Shown: positions 1-13,160, counted from the first letter of the stretch. The stretch is 64,000 nucleotides of DNA from Vicugna vicugna (GCA_013265495.1 MU061538.1:496001-560000), one strand, 5' to 3'. Program-made: numbers and translations. Notes: generated from the letters alone by a model not told the origin.

Positions 1-168
1 CTCACATTCCAGCAGCAGTGAGGGTGGAGAGGGGAAGAAGCACACACCACGAGACATTGCCTGGAGGCAACCTGTGACATTCCCCGTCACGGGAGTCACT
101 GAGCTTGCCGTGGGGGTCGCTGTGTGTCCAGCTAAAGACCAGGGGTTCCAGGAAAGAGAGGGGAGCGA

Positions 169-434
169 ACACGTGTGCATATATACACACATGTGCATTT
201 GTACACATATGCAAGTATATGCAAGTACACAGACATACACACATACAGATACGTGTGGACCCATGTGCATATATATACTTATATACGTGTATACACACGT
301 GTGCAGATACACGTGCACACATACATGCACGTGTGTGCATATACACTACGTACATATACACATTTATACACGTATGCATATACACACATGTGTGCGCACA
401 TGTGCACACACAGCACGCATGTACACGCACACAT
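169..434. repeat. Degenerate alternating purine-pyrimidine (CA/TG/TA)n low-complexity tract
   Basis: About 265 bp of acacgtgtgcatatatacacacatgtgcat...gtacacgcacacat. It explains the His/Thr/Val/Cys/Tyr-rich ORFs 2..502, 74..529, 105..851 and 175..843. Confidence 0.9.
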
Positions 435-456
435 CCTGTATGCTTCTGTGCTCCAG

Positions 457-529
457 TGTGGGCTCCTCCACACGCGGGGTCCCGGGGGTCGTCCATGTGC
501 ACCAGGACAGCAGCAAAGACCTGCTCTAG
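457..529 (+). other. Weak candidate spliced exon ending in a stop codon (x-VGSSTRGVPGVVHVHQDSSKDLL*)
   Basis: Acceptor-like tgcttctgtgctccag ends at 456, and an open frame runs to TAG at 527-529. I do not recognise the peptide and saw no AATAAA in the next several kb. Confidence 0.15.
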
Positions 530-1130
530 ACCACGTGGGCCCTGCCATCACCTGGATTGTGTGCTGGGACCTCCGCTCCCACCAGGCCGGCGAGCTCACT
601 GGGAGCCTTGGGGTCCCTGGGGCTCTGGCGCCCACCATGTCCTCCTGGACGGCAGACCAGGACAGAACTGCCGGGCGCCCCTGGGTGCCTGCCCTCTGGA
701 CCAGAGCGCGGCCCCCGGCCTGGGTGTGTGGCGCCTGCGGGGGGCCCACCCAGGGCCTCTCGCTGCTGCTGCTTCCTTCCCTGCTGAGTCACTTCTGTCC
801 TGCTCTGCGAAATACGGTCCTTGTCCCGCAGTTACGTTGCTGAGCTATTAAGATCTTCCTCTCCCTTCAGTGTTAGCCCAGTCCTGCCCTGCCCCTCCCG
901 CTGGTGGACGGACGAGGCCAGGGGACCGTCCCCAACACCAGCGGCGGTTTCAGTGCCCCTTAAACGCCAAGCACGGTGTGTCTGTTGTGTGCTCCACGCG
1001 TCTAGTTTTCCTCCCTGCTGCCTGTTGAAATTCTTTGCGTGTTTCAATGTCTTATTTCTTCTCTTCCCATCTCCCTGAATTTTACCCTCGCCTAATTTGT
1101 AAGAAAAATGTGCTTTGAACTTTTAACTAG

Positions 1131-1322
1131 GATGTGGAGAATAAGCCACCTTCTGCTCCTGAGGAGCCGGCAGCCTCCTCCTCCTCCTCGAACCTTGCAT
1201 TGTCGATGTTACGTGTATTTTTTCTTTCTTATCTTCTTAAGAAAACGACGAGGCCTGAAAGGGACCTTCCACCCGCAGAGCATAGAGGGCACCGTGGGAG
1301 GGAAATGAGTCGTCACTGTTAG
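1131..1322 (+). other. Weak candidate exon after a long pyrimidine tract
   Basis: Pyrimidine-rich 1040-1100, branch-like CCTAAT 1091-1096, acceptor ttttaactag ending at 1130. The phase-0 frame reads DVENKPPSAPEEPAASSSSS... to TAG at 1320-1322. No convincing donor and no recognised protein. Confidence 0.2.
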
Positions 1323-4300
1323 AGCGGGAGAGGGTCCTTCATTCTCACAGGAATTTTGCGATTTTCAGTTTTAGTGGAAGACATACGTGAGGGTGTTGGC
1401 GAGGCCCCTGGCTGTGTCCTGTGGGTTTGCGGTTGTTTCCAGGAACTGGAAGGGAACACCTTGCTCTTGGGAGTTCAGCGCCCCATGTGCCCCCACCCCC
1501 CATGCTGGGATTATTCGGCCAACGGGACCCCCGGTCACTCTGACAGCCCAGGACAGTGGGAGCCAATGTGGGGGCAGAGAGCGTGAGTCACAGCAGCAAG
1601 AGCAGGGAGGGAGCGAGTCCGCCCTGGACGAGGCCCGGCCTGGAGCTGCCCGTGGCACAGGCGGGTCGGGGTGCGGGGCAGGAGATGATGGCAGAGCTCT
1701 CTGCAAAAACCGCCACCACAGGGAGTCAGGGCTCCAGGCTCGGGCTGGGTGATGGGCTGTCGGTCTCTTCTGTCACCTGCTGGCCTCCCGGCAGGGCGAG
1801 AGGGCCAGAGGGGAGGCAGAGGGAGGTTGTGTGCACACGTGTGTGTGTCCACGCACACGTGTCATGGTCCCGTCCAGAACTGCTTAGCCGGCAACTTGCA
1901 GCTGTCTCTGGGAGCAATTCCCAGCCTCGTCAGCTTGTCTTGTGAACCTTTTGGTCTTTTCTGACCATTGTGGTTGGACGTGACCAGACTGTGACATCGT
2001 GGCAGCGTCCCCTGCCGGGCCAGTCTGTACGTGACAACGGTTTATATACTATTTGGAGACCAAGGCTGGAGCCTGCTTCCTAGGGAACCTAGGACTGTGC
2101 GATTTCTGTTTCCCACAACGAGGTCTCTTACTTCAACTCCAGGTAGCTGATGGCTACGTCAGGATTACCCTCACTGCACGTTTGTATCGAATGATTTCAA
2201 TTGCTCCTCTCAAGGGGCTTTCAGAAACCATTTATTATTTCACTGTGGAAGGAAAGTGTGCGCTGGCAATGAAGAAGTTACACCAGAAGGGGCTGGTGGC
2301 ATGTCCTGCTCTCGTGAAGAACGTGCCCAGAACGCCACTTAGAGGTCACACACCGCTCCTGACCTCAGGCTACGCGACGAGCTCCAGGGGTGGAAGTGGC
2401 GCGGCACTGGCGTGAGGGCATGCTCGGAGGTCAGTGGCACAGAATGGACAGCCCAGGAATAAGCCCGCGAGTGTGTGGTCAACTGGGCCCTGCGACAAGG
2501 GCACCAAGAACCCCGGGGGGAAGGACAGGGCCTTCGGTGGGTGCTGGGGGGCTGGGCGTCCACGTGCGCCTCGTCTTGCGCCACGCGCAGAAGTCAGCTC
2601 ACGGCGGGTGGAGGATCAAACATCAGACCTCAGACGGTGAACCTCCCGGGAGAGAGCAGACAAGAGCTCCGTGACACCTGGTTTGACAGCGTCCCTGGAC
2701 GTGACACCAGAAGCTCAGGTAACAGGAGCAACAGCAGGCAAGTGGGGCCACGTCGCGCTGCGGAGCCGCCCGCCCCGCAAGGGAAACGGGCGCTGGAGCG
2801 AGAGGGCAGCCGCCGCGCGGGGGACATGCGGCCCACGTGTGTGAGGAGCTCCCGCAGCTCAGTGACGACAGCAGCGAACGTGTGGTCTGACTTTAAAACG
2901 GGTGAAGGACTGGAGCAGGTTCTCCTCCAGCGGAAACAGGGATGTCCTCCGGCGGCTTCTCCTCTGGATGACACCAGGCCCCCCAGCTCTGCCCCAGAGT
3001 GAGGAAGGGTCTGTGCACCTCTCGATCATGTGTGCCCGTCTGCTTCCACGATAACGTGTGCTTTCAAGCAGGCTGGAAGTATGTGTTTCCACTGCACCCT
3101 GTCACCCCCGGGTTTCTCCGCCCAGCGGGGCAGAAACGGGGGTCTGTGCTGTTTCCACGTGGAGCCTGGCATTTGAAGCTCCGTGTCTCCGCTCACCCCG
3201 GGGATGGATTCAGGAGTGACCCTCGTGACGTCCCCTCGCGTCATCGAGGGCCGGGCGAGTGAATCGCCACAGAACCTTCTGGAAACGAGGAGACAGTCTC
3301 AGTAAGTGTGGCATTTGTCCTGCTTTGCTGCCGTCGCTCCGGACGGGAGAAGCTGTAGTCTGTCGTCCGGGGCCCCGGGCGCGAGCAGTTATGCCCCGGC
3401 TAGAGGTCAGCTTCCGGTCTGGAGTGGCGCCTGCCCCTCACGGGGTCAGATCCGGCGTGCAGAACGCCTGGTGTCACCGCCCTGAGGGCAGGCTGTGAAG
3501 GGGTTACTCAGATTTTAAAGTTTTTTTAACTCCTCTCTTTAACGAGGTATCGGCTAAGTTTTAAATGCACAAGGTGAGGTGGGGAAGACCAGCCTGCTTC
3601 CCCGAGCGTCTGCACTGGGCACCCCCGGAAGGACCCCGACACCGTCGAAGGGCCCGGGGATGGGAACCACGCCTGGGAGAGCACGCTGGCTGCGGAGCGT
3701 CCGTTGTAAACAGGAAGACGCTCATTATTCAGAAAACAAGCAGTGGGAAGAAAACACCGCAGTGACTCGACGTTGGCCACCTGCAGCGGGAGGCCCGTGC
3801 GGACCAGGGCGGTGAGAAGCCCGGACCAGAGCCGGGACGGGAAGTGCCGAGACCCCGTCGCGTCCGACCAGGCGCAGCCGAGGACCAGGAGGCCTGCCAC
3901 GTGCTGAAGGACTGTGGGCTCTGCCCCAGCTGGACGAGAGCCAGCGAGGTGGTCAGCCCGGAGCGGGACGTGGTTCACATTACGATGTCGAAAGAGGACT
4001 GCGGTTCAGCCACAGGGACGGAGCGTGGGAAACAGGAGGTGGCGGCAGGAGCCGTGGGGCTGGGACGCCGTTTCCAGCCTGGCCGGGGGCTGGGAGGGAG
4101 TGGGCAGGTGCGGGACAGTCGGCCAAGGGACCCGCAAGTCAGAGGAGGAAGACCCTGAGGGCAGCAGACGCCGCCCAGGCTCCAGCGCCCTCACAAGGCC
4201 GGCCTCTCCCTCTGCTCTGACGAGCCTGTGCCCAGCGGTTCCCCGTCCGGCCTCGGGCCCCGCCCTCCCGACCAGGGGGAGCGGACGCAAGTGCCCCTGA

Positions 4301-5031
4301 GTGCAACCCATCCGAGTTAAGTCTCAGGCCGAGACCCAACGCCGTGTCCTTCCTCCACACGGTTCCAAACCGGGCTGGACCTCAGGCAGGGCTCACACAC
4401 GGGTCGCCAATGTGAGTCTGAGCTCGGGCGAGGTCAGATCTGACCCCTAGAGGCAGGGCCGCACCCTCCCTCTTCGTTGGGTGGGCCGGGATGCTGCCAG
4501 GCAGGGGTGGTCAGCGGGTGTGTGGACACTGCCAGCCTCGCAGCCTGTGGAGGGAGGGCACCCCTGCGTGGTGACAGCGCAGGTCAGAGGCTGCTCCCAG
4601 CCCTGTCCTGGCTTTTGTGTGGTGGCCGCCAGCCCTTCGGCCACCTCCTCCTCCTGTGGCCTCGGCCGCCCCGCTCAGTGAGCAGGGACGGCGGTGCTCA
4701 GCTCACAGGCCGGGAGCAAGGTGTGAAGGTGTTGGCACGTGTCGGGTGTGGAGCCTGAGCACCCACAGCCCCGCTGTCGGCTGCCTGGACGGAGCGGCCT
4801 CCAGAGCACCAAGCAGAGAGGGCCTGCCACACTGCAGCCTCCGGTTGCCTCGTATCAACGGGCAGAAAAGAGATGATTAGTAAGATGAACACGAAGTTCT
4901 AATTACAGCGTGTGAGTCTCTCCCTCATCAGCATCACTAAGATGAGAGATGTGCTTGTGATTAGGGGGAGGAGGGAATAACCTCGGCAGGGAGAGGGGAG
5001 CGGGCAAGGGCCTCGAACAGGACGCGCTGAG

Positions 5032-5096
5032 CACGTGTGCCTGCGTCTGCGTGTACACGTGGGTCACGTGTGCCTGCGTCTGCGTGTGCACACGTG
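5032..5096. repeat. Short tandem duplication (23 bp exact, 33 bp period) with four CACGTG palindromes
   Basis: cacgtgtgcctgcgtctgcgtgt at 5032-5054 and 5065-5087. CACGTG at 5032, 5056, 5065 and 5091. Confidence 0.85.
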
Positions 5097-8000
5097 TCAT
5101 GTGCATGTGCGTGAGACACGGCCAGGACTACACAGTCAGAAGCAGCAGCAGCTCTGTCCGTGGTGTGGACAAGAAGGCCAGCCTGGTGATAGGACATTTA
5201 GGCCCGAAGACAAGTGGAGAAGGCACTCTGGCATCTCCTAGAGGTGACAGATCACAGGTTTGTCTCGGAAGCAGTTTCCATTCCGGAAAACAAGATAATT
5301 CTTGTCTTCGAGGTAGGAGGCCAGACCTGGGGTCCCGGAAGACAGGGGCACAGCCCAGCGCTCGGGTCTGGGGGTCGAGGCAGCCCTGAAGCCGTAGGGT
5401 ACCCTCCTCGGGTGAGACTACGGCGGGCCCGGTGCAGATGAGGAAGGGGGACCCAGAGACAGACGTGGGCGAGTAGAAAACGTACGTGAGGACAAGCCGG
5501 ACAGCCTGGTCCGTGCAGCCCCGTGGCCGTGCTCTGAGGGGCCAGAGGTCAGGCCAGGGCAGCTGCTGGAACAGAACCTTCCTGTCACACAGTCCAGTGG
5601 CCCCGAGTGCCCCGCAGGCCATGCGGCAGCGCCTCCGTCCCGGCCTGTCACCCGGCAGCCCGCCCCGAGGGCAGCACCAGCCTCTGCGCCGCACCTCCTG
5701 GGTCCTGCCGCCTCCTGCTCTGTGGCCTTAAGCAGGGCCGTCAGATGGACCCCTCAGGGGAGGGGTGGGGGACGGTCAGGCGCCCTGTGCTGCAGGAAGG
5801 GGGAAACAGCCCCTGGCGGCCTCTCATGAAAAAGCCCAGGCTCTACTTCTCTTTCTGCACCTTACAAAGACACAGAGACGCACCGGAGCCCGGCCCAGGG
5901 CCCTCGGAGGGGGCGGGGCGGTGTGAGCAGGGCAGCGGGAGCCCCCCCACCGCACCCGCACAAGCTGAAGCCCAGGTTGACGTGAGACTTGTGAAAAGAG
6001 CCCAGAAGCTTTTAAAGTTGCGATCGGAGCAGGAGAGAGGTGAGCAGAGGCCACCGCCTGAGGCCGTGGGCGTCGCGCCCGGAGAAGGGGCGCGAGTCAA
6101 GTTTCCTTCTCTGTCAGGAAGAAGGAGGGTCAGAGACGGCAGACACGGCCGAGGTCCCGGGGGCTCATCACAGGTGTGCACACCTGCGTCTTCCGGAGAC
6201 GCCTGGCCGCTGGTCCCACGGGAAGTGAGGTGCCTATGGAGGAGCTCTGGAGCAGCCCCTGGCGATGGTTCAGAGACCGCAGAGCCTGGGGATGGTGCTC
6301 AGTGTCAGGTTCCCCTTTCAAAGAGAAGTCCCGTCTGGGAGACCACAGCCCAGCCCTGGAGCACACAGGCGAGTCGGAGAGGGCAGTCACGCTCAGAGCG
6401 GAGCGTGAACTCGGGGACGGGGGGCAGGGCCCCGAGCGGGCCCACGCGTGGGGCACGAGTGCTCTTGGAGGAGGCTCGTTTCCTTAGCCGTCAAGTTCGA
6501 GAGACGCTCATGGGTCCAGGGATGCTCAGAAGACCATGCAAGATGTCTTACATTCCCAGGGGGAACAAGGCCGGGGAGCGGGGCCGGGGCCGCGTCGCTG
6601 TCTGAGTCGCTGCGGAGTCCCAGCCAGTGATCGGATGCCAGTCTTGGGGTTTTCCGTGGGCTGAGGGCTGAGCGTTGACTTTGTCACAGTTTAATGGGGA
6701 CGTAGATGCAGGTACCCTTGCCCGTCCTCTTAAGAGATGTGCCCTCGGGTGGTGAACCCAGGGTCTCAGAAGATCGGGAGTCAAGGACCCACAGCCAGAG
6801 GCCCTCCCCAGGCCCCGTCTGCCGTGCCCGCCCGGCCCGGGTGGGCTCGCCCCGCCACACACCTCCGCCCTGTCCCTGCCATCCCCTCCTGTCTCAACCT
6901 TGGAGCAACTTCCGTCTGACAGTCTGCGCGTGGTCCGCGGGGACCATCCCACGTCCCCAGCCCCGGGGACACCATCTCTCAGCCAGCGGGTCTAACCAGG
7001 CCGGACAGCGCTGGCATGAAGCCCGCTTTTCCCCTCACGGTCACCACGTTGTCCCAACTCTGAGGCCTTCGTGAGAAGCAGCCTTACAGCTGACCGGCAG
7101 GCCTGCAGTGAGATGTTCTTTGAAATACCATGAAAACATGAGATGTGCATGTTCCTGCATATTTGCTGAGTCAGTGTCACACGTTTCACTTCCCACCAAA
7201 GGTTTCACTGACCCTGCACATTGCACGGAAACTCAAGGATGGGACGGTCTTTGTTTTGCTTGTTCACATCAGGAGTCCTGAACGACACACCATGGGCTGC
7301 TGGGATTTGGGTGCTGTTTAAGCCAAGCTTTTCAGCTCACGCCCCACTCCCCACGCTGACGGATACATGTATCCGAACCAGGTTCGGGACGGTCACTGCC
7401 TCCCGCCCCGCACTGTTCGGTTGTCTCCTCTCTCTGACTAGCCGCGTCACTTTCTGAGAGCAAGGTTCTCCTGCCCCTTCCCTGCCCCTCCTGGTAACAG
7501 GGGCCGTGACTTCCACATCTAAGCGTCTGGCACCTAATTCCCGGCTGACCCAGAGCCTCCGGTCCCTGGATCCTCTGTGTGTCTCTCGTAGACCCAGCAG
7601 CCTTGTTTGTGACTGCGTGGAAACGTGCCTTGGTTGACAGTCTCTTTGGGGCCCCGAGACGCCCCCAAGAAAGGCTGTCATCCTGGTGGAGTGAGCGAGC
7701 CATTAGCACGGAGGAAAACAACGTACTCTGTACACATCGCCATCCGGAAAGTTCGCTGGGAAAGAAAAAAGCTGAAGACCCTTTTGTCTGGTCTTCAGAG
7801 ACGAGATAACCCAGTGACTGCAGCTCTGACCGGTCCTGGGAGGAGCCTTGTGCCACTTAGACAGAGGGCCGTCGGGCCTGCGATTCCCGGCGATTGAGCC
7901 GAGGCTGTGTTTCCCAGCCCGCAGCGTGTGCTCTCGCTGCTCCTGCACCGCATCGGCCCCTCGTCTGCAGCCGGGAGGTGGGATGGGCGGCTCTGGGGCC

Positions 8001-11000
8001 CCCGGTCGACCTGCCCTCGGTCACCAACTCCTAAGGGACGGGTGGTCCCTGGAGCGGTGGTGGTGACACCAGGGGAGTCGGGCAGGCTGGCCTCGCTGCC
8101 CACGCACCGCCCAGAGGGGCTGTGTGTGTGTGCTGGCTTCTCCCTGAGAGGCCACGGGAGACGGGGCAGCAGGTTGGACGGGCTCCTCAGAGGAGCCGGG
8201 GGTGGGGCGGGCTGTCCCCCTGGACAGACGGACAGACGTGCACCAGGTGAGCTCCCCCCCTCCAGTCCAAGAGCCCCCGCAGGGATCTCCACCACACTTC
8301 TTTTGAGAAGTGGGAGTTGGTACCTGTAAGGGAGGGTTGTGATGCTGGTTGGGGTTCTGGGAAGTTGGAGGAACCAGCACCCCAGCGTCGATGCCCAGGG
8401 ATGGAGGAGGGGAGGGCGGGCTCTCAGCCCCAGTTCCAGGTACAGTACCCTGGGATGTTTAGACAGAACCTGCCCCTCCCTGGCGGTCGCGCCCTCCTGC
8501 CCTTGGCCTGGGAGGCCAGGCCCCGGGGTCCTGCACACCCCAGATGAACACACTGGCTTCTCTGGGCTGGAAACCCTTCCAGGGAGGCGGTGGGCACGGA
8601 GCTTTTGCAGGACAATGACAGGCAGGGAACTTCAGGGCTTTGTGATTTAAATTCTGCCTGTGCTGTTTCAAAGAGGTTTCAGCTGGAAAAGCCGGTGGGA
8701 AGAAACGCGCCGGTGTTCTGCCGGCGGTGGCGGCGGCCCCAGGAGCCACAGCCAGTCCCTCTTTCTCGGGCGGGGTGTTTCAGGCTCTCCGGGCTGTTCT
8801 GGAGCAGAAAACGCGATAAAAAGCACAAAATGAGTCAGGTTGACCTCTCCTTGTGCGAGTCTGCTGTGTGTTCCTGTCGGCAGTGAAGAAACGACATCCC
8901 AGCCCAACAGGGCAAAGACACTGGGTCAATGCTGTGGTCAGCGCCTCCGTCCACTCGCTCACAGACAGATGGAGGCGCTGCTTTCATGCGTCAGGAAGCA
9001 GTGGTCCTGCAGGGGACCGGGGCTGACCCGGCAGGCTTCTTGGGAGGAGAGAGCTCGCTGCCACGCTGGCCTGTAATTTGTCCCCCTGGTGACCGAGCTC
9101 CTATGGGCCAGCTGAGGAGCCGGGCAGGGCGGCCAGGACCCCTGCAGAACCCGCCCTGGACCCCGCAGGCGGGGGCTGGGGCAGAGGGACAGGGCTCTGA
9201 GATGGGGGTGCAAGCTCGCGTGGCCATGGACGGGGCCAGGAAACCCGGGATAGCCCTGAGGCACCGCCTGACGGTCCCCTCCCCACAGGCCGTGCCACAG
9301 GCACCTCTGGCCCCCGGTGTGGGTGAGCTGTGCCCGTGGCCCTGCTGTGGCCTGGGCCCCCTTCACCTGGCTCCGTCCTGCTGGTCATAGGGGCCCAGGG
9401 CCTGAAGGATGTCGGGGTGCACAGCTTGGCTCAAAAACACCCAGAGGCTCCACCTTGGGCCTGGTTCAGTGGCGGGGTGGGGGCCTCTGCTCCAGGCCCC
9501 ACAGGGAGGAGGGGGAGAGAGGGTGGAATGAAACAGCCCCTGCCTGGGGCTTCACATGCGGTGCCCCTTATCCCAGGCTGACCTATGAAGTGGGTTCTGT
9601 CAGCCCCAGTCACAGCAGGGAAGCTGAGTCCTGAGAGCTTCAGTCAGTTTCCAAAGAGCGAATGGCTGGAAGGGAGGACACCAGGGCTGGAGCCAAGCTC
9701 CATCCACCTCTGACATCAGCCGCCAGCCCCTCTGCCTGTGGCTTCCAAGGGGCCTTCAAGGAGCAAGCCATTCCCAAAACTGCCCTCGGGAACTCCGCTC
9801 CTGGCGTCAGCGCGAGGGCACCTGCCGCGCTTATGGCCCTGCCCCCTGTGCTACATGACAGCAGAAGGCAGGGGCTCCCAAGGGCCCCAGGATCAAGGAC
9901 AAGCAAATTCCCAAAGAACAGGAAGGAGGCACAGCCGGCGACCAGGCAGAGCATGCCTGGCGCAGGGCAGGAGGGAAAGGCAGCCTGTGGTCACCTTGCA
10001 GGGACAGGGGGCGTGGCCTCCATGGGAGGGCCGGTGGAGTGCAGCAGGACGGGGTCATGGAGGTGCTCCTGGCAGCTCGGACGCCAGGTCCTGGTGGCCC
10101 TGCAGTGACGTGATGGTGTCTCCTCGAGGCTGGAGCTGCTGACCCATGTGGACCCCACATGAAGACCCCACGGAAGCCGTGGTTCCGTCTCCAAGCAGGA
10201 CAGCGACCTCTTGCTCCTCCCAGCCGAGTGGGAGCTCCGGAGAAGCTCATGTGGGATCCAACCACAAGCCCCTCCCCCGGCACCGCCTGAGAAATCGGAA
10301 ATGGGGGTGTCAGACTGGGGCCCTCGGAGCCCGTCCTGCCCCAGATCACTGTGATTCTGTGATTTTCATACATTTGAACAATTGAAGAGTGAAATTCTCC
10401 CCACAGACACACTGGTGTCACCGTGCTGGCACCCAAGGGGAGCCCAGGGGGCCCTCAAACTAAAACCTCTCCACCGTCATGTCACCTTTGGTGTGGACGT
10501 TGAGGTCTGCCATCTCACATCAAGTGCCCCTTGCACTTCTCCAGAAAACCTTGTGATTTTTATTACTGTAGGACATTCACTGTAACTGAACACCCTGCTT
10601 TGCTGTGCAGATGCAACTCCAGACTTGCAGCTGAGCGCTGTCCCCAAGGTCCCCAGAGAGCAGCTCAGAGGCACCGCTCCACCCCCACCCGCATGGCACA
10701 GAGGGGTTCCATTAATTTGGGCCAAAAAAACCCTACAAGGAATAGAGAAAATTCATCTCGTTTATTTAAGCTCATCACTGTTGATTAATCCCAAACCGAA
10801 GTCCCTAGCCTCCGCTTTGGAGAGAAGTGATGGGTGTTAAAACTGCATCAGTGGCCGTGTGAGCATGACAGAGAAATTGATCCGCCCCGGCCGAGCTCTG
10901 AGGTTAGAACGGAGTGTTCATTGATTTCTGACGTTAAATCACCAGCGATGCTTTAAGATGGAAAGCGCGTGGATGAGGGCGCTGGAGCTCTGAGCTCCTG

Positions 11001-12589
11001 CAGTCACTGCACAGCAAGGCCCCCCTCTACGCAGAGGCCCCGGGGGGGAGTCCCCACCCTCCGCTCTCCCCGCAGGAAGTCGCACAGCCCCGCCCACACG
11101 TGCCCCCGGGGAGCGAGCGAGGCCTGCACATCCTGGCCGGGAGCAGAGAGAGCCTGGTGGGCAGAGGAACGAGCTTTAGTCATTCAGTTAAACTCTCCTC
11201 TGTGAGCACCTGAGGTTCCCGGGAGCTGCCCCGTGGGCTGGGAGGCCAGGAGGGGCGCAGAGATACCACAGCTGTCCGGGAGGTGACGGGGAGCTGTGCC
11301 CGGTTGGACCTCTGGCTCCAGCCGCTGGGAACCCCACCGGTACTGGAAGAACTGGCCGGGCACCTGTCTCCACCCACGAACAGCTCAGAAGCAGAGGGGG
11401 CACCTGTGTAGGGGAGGCCCAGGGACCGGCCAGGGTCTGGCCAGGGACGGCCTCAGAGCTGCTGAAACTCTGAGGCCAGGGGACATCGGTGCAGGGGTGT
11501 GGCTGCGGGCCGTCCAGGGCACGTGGGAGTGAGCCCCGGGGGTGGAGCCAGGGGCCGGCAAGAGCCCCAGGGTGTCAGGGCTGGACGAGGAGGGCCCGGG
11601 GAGGCGCACTTGCCCACTTCCACAGGGAGCATGGGGTGGCAGGGAGGGGCTCTCGGGTGCAAGGCCTCCTCCAAACGAAGGTCCCTGAGAAAGACGATCT
11701 GGCGCCGGCAAGCTCCCAGCATAATAATCCAGGTTTTCAGTCAAAGCCAGAACTGTTCACTAAGACCCTTTGTTTCCCAATTAACTCCAAAGCCGAGAAG
11801 GAACTCTTGGTTGAGAGGCTGTTTACAGGAAAATGAGAAATCAAGCCGGGGGAGACGGCAGCTCTTCTTGTCCCTGAGAGCTGGGGTCCGTCTGCGACTC
11901 GGGGGTGAAGGGAGGGGACACTGTGTCCTCGGGCCCCCCGCCCCATGGAAACTTGAGCCCAGCAGGCGGATGCCAAGGACCCCGAGGGAGGGGACGCGTG
12001 GAAGGCACGGGGGCCACCTGCCCCGCGCACAGCAGGTGCGCCTCCGAAGCCGGCGCGTCCCGAGCCACCGCGTCCGGGTGCGTCTGGACCTCAGAGCCAC
12101 GCTCGGGGCCACCTGGGCTCTTCCAGGAGGCGGGCGGTGGGCGGCGTCCCCTCGCACACCTGCCCTCCCTCGAGCAGGACCCGCCGTCCACACTGTCCAC
12201 GTCACCCATTTCCCGAGTCAGGTGAGCGCTTGTCTTTTTTAAGATTTTTCCTCACTTCCGAAACATCAAAAAGCCCAAACAAGAAGAGAAAATGGGCACA
12301 GCCCTTCGCCCTCCCTCGGGCCACACTCAGGAGTGTCTGAAGCACTGAGGGTCTCACCGCGCCACCCCCACCCGCCGCAGCCCCAGAAGCACGCGCTGCC
12401 CAGAGCCTGGGCCCCCGCCCCGCGCGCAGCGCTCAGGTGCGTGCGCTGCGTCATCGTTTCTTGTTAGCTTCGGTTTGTTTTCAGAAGTGCAGTCGGGTGT
12501 TGGCTGTTCCTGATTGGCCTGAAACACTTGTTACAACCGGCGGTCGAGCGTGGGTATCTCTCCCAGCCAGAACCTGGAGATCTCGCACC

Positions 12590-13160
12590 CTCTTTTTAAG
12601 AACAAAATATTTAAATACCCACAGTGATAGCTTGTTTCCTATTTATTTGCTGTTGCAGACAATGCTGGAGTTACTGTTTCTGTATGAAAATAAGCATTTA
12701 TGCTGTAATTCTTGTAAATTAGATTACAAGAAATGGGATCTTTTTGCTCATAGAGTATGTGCATTTTTATTGCCAAATTACCCTCCAAAAGGGCTTTACC
12801 AATTTATACACATAATAGAAGTATATGGGGAAAAAAGACGTTATCAAGCTTTTTAACTTCTGCCAGTGCAGTAGATAAAATATTGTTTAAATTTTATTTT
12901 TTAATGACGACAAAGTTGAGTGTCTCTTCACATTCTTATTTCCCCTGGAACTTCTTCTCTGACTTACCTGATCGGAGTCTGTGCTCACCGTTCACTTTCT
13001 TTTCCTTACCGACTTACAGGGACTACTGGCGCATTGGAGATAACCCTTTAAGATTTACGGATTCCGTAAATAGCGCAGGTTTTGTGACAGTCGAGCCTTT
13101 ATGTTTTCTTCTGGTTGCTTTCTGGTTCATCTTTTCATGGGTTGTTCTGTTTTATTCTTC
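12590..13160 (-). mobile_element. Ancient LINE-1 fragment (L1ME/L1M-like)
   Basis: AT-rich patch. ttgccaaattaccctccaaaagggctttaccaatttatac and ttatcaagctttttaacttctgccag match the antisense L1ME 3' region as I recall the consensus. Confidence 0.65.

Noticed and set aside
2-851. His/Cys/Thr/Val-rich ORFs that look like metal-binding proteins
   Set aside because: They are translations of the CA/TG tract in several frames on both strands.
3547-3573. 27-nt micro-exon (x-YRLSFKCT) with strong AAG/GTGAGG donor
   Set aside because: The acceptor would be a rare GAG, and I do not recognise the peptide. Worth revisiting only if RNA-seq shows junctions.
5607-6605. 332-aa ORF
   Set aside because: Low-complexity Pro/Gly/Arg/Ala composition, no recognisable domain, and overlapping ORFs on both strands. 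Expected from scarce stop codons in GC-rich DNA.
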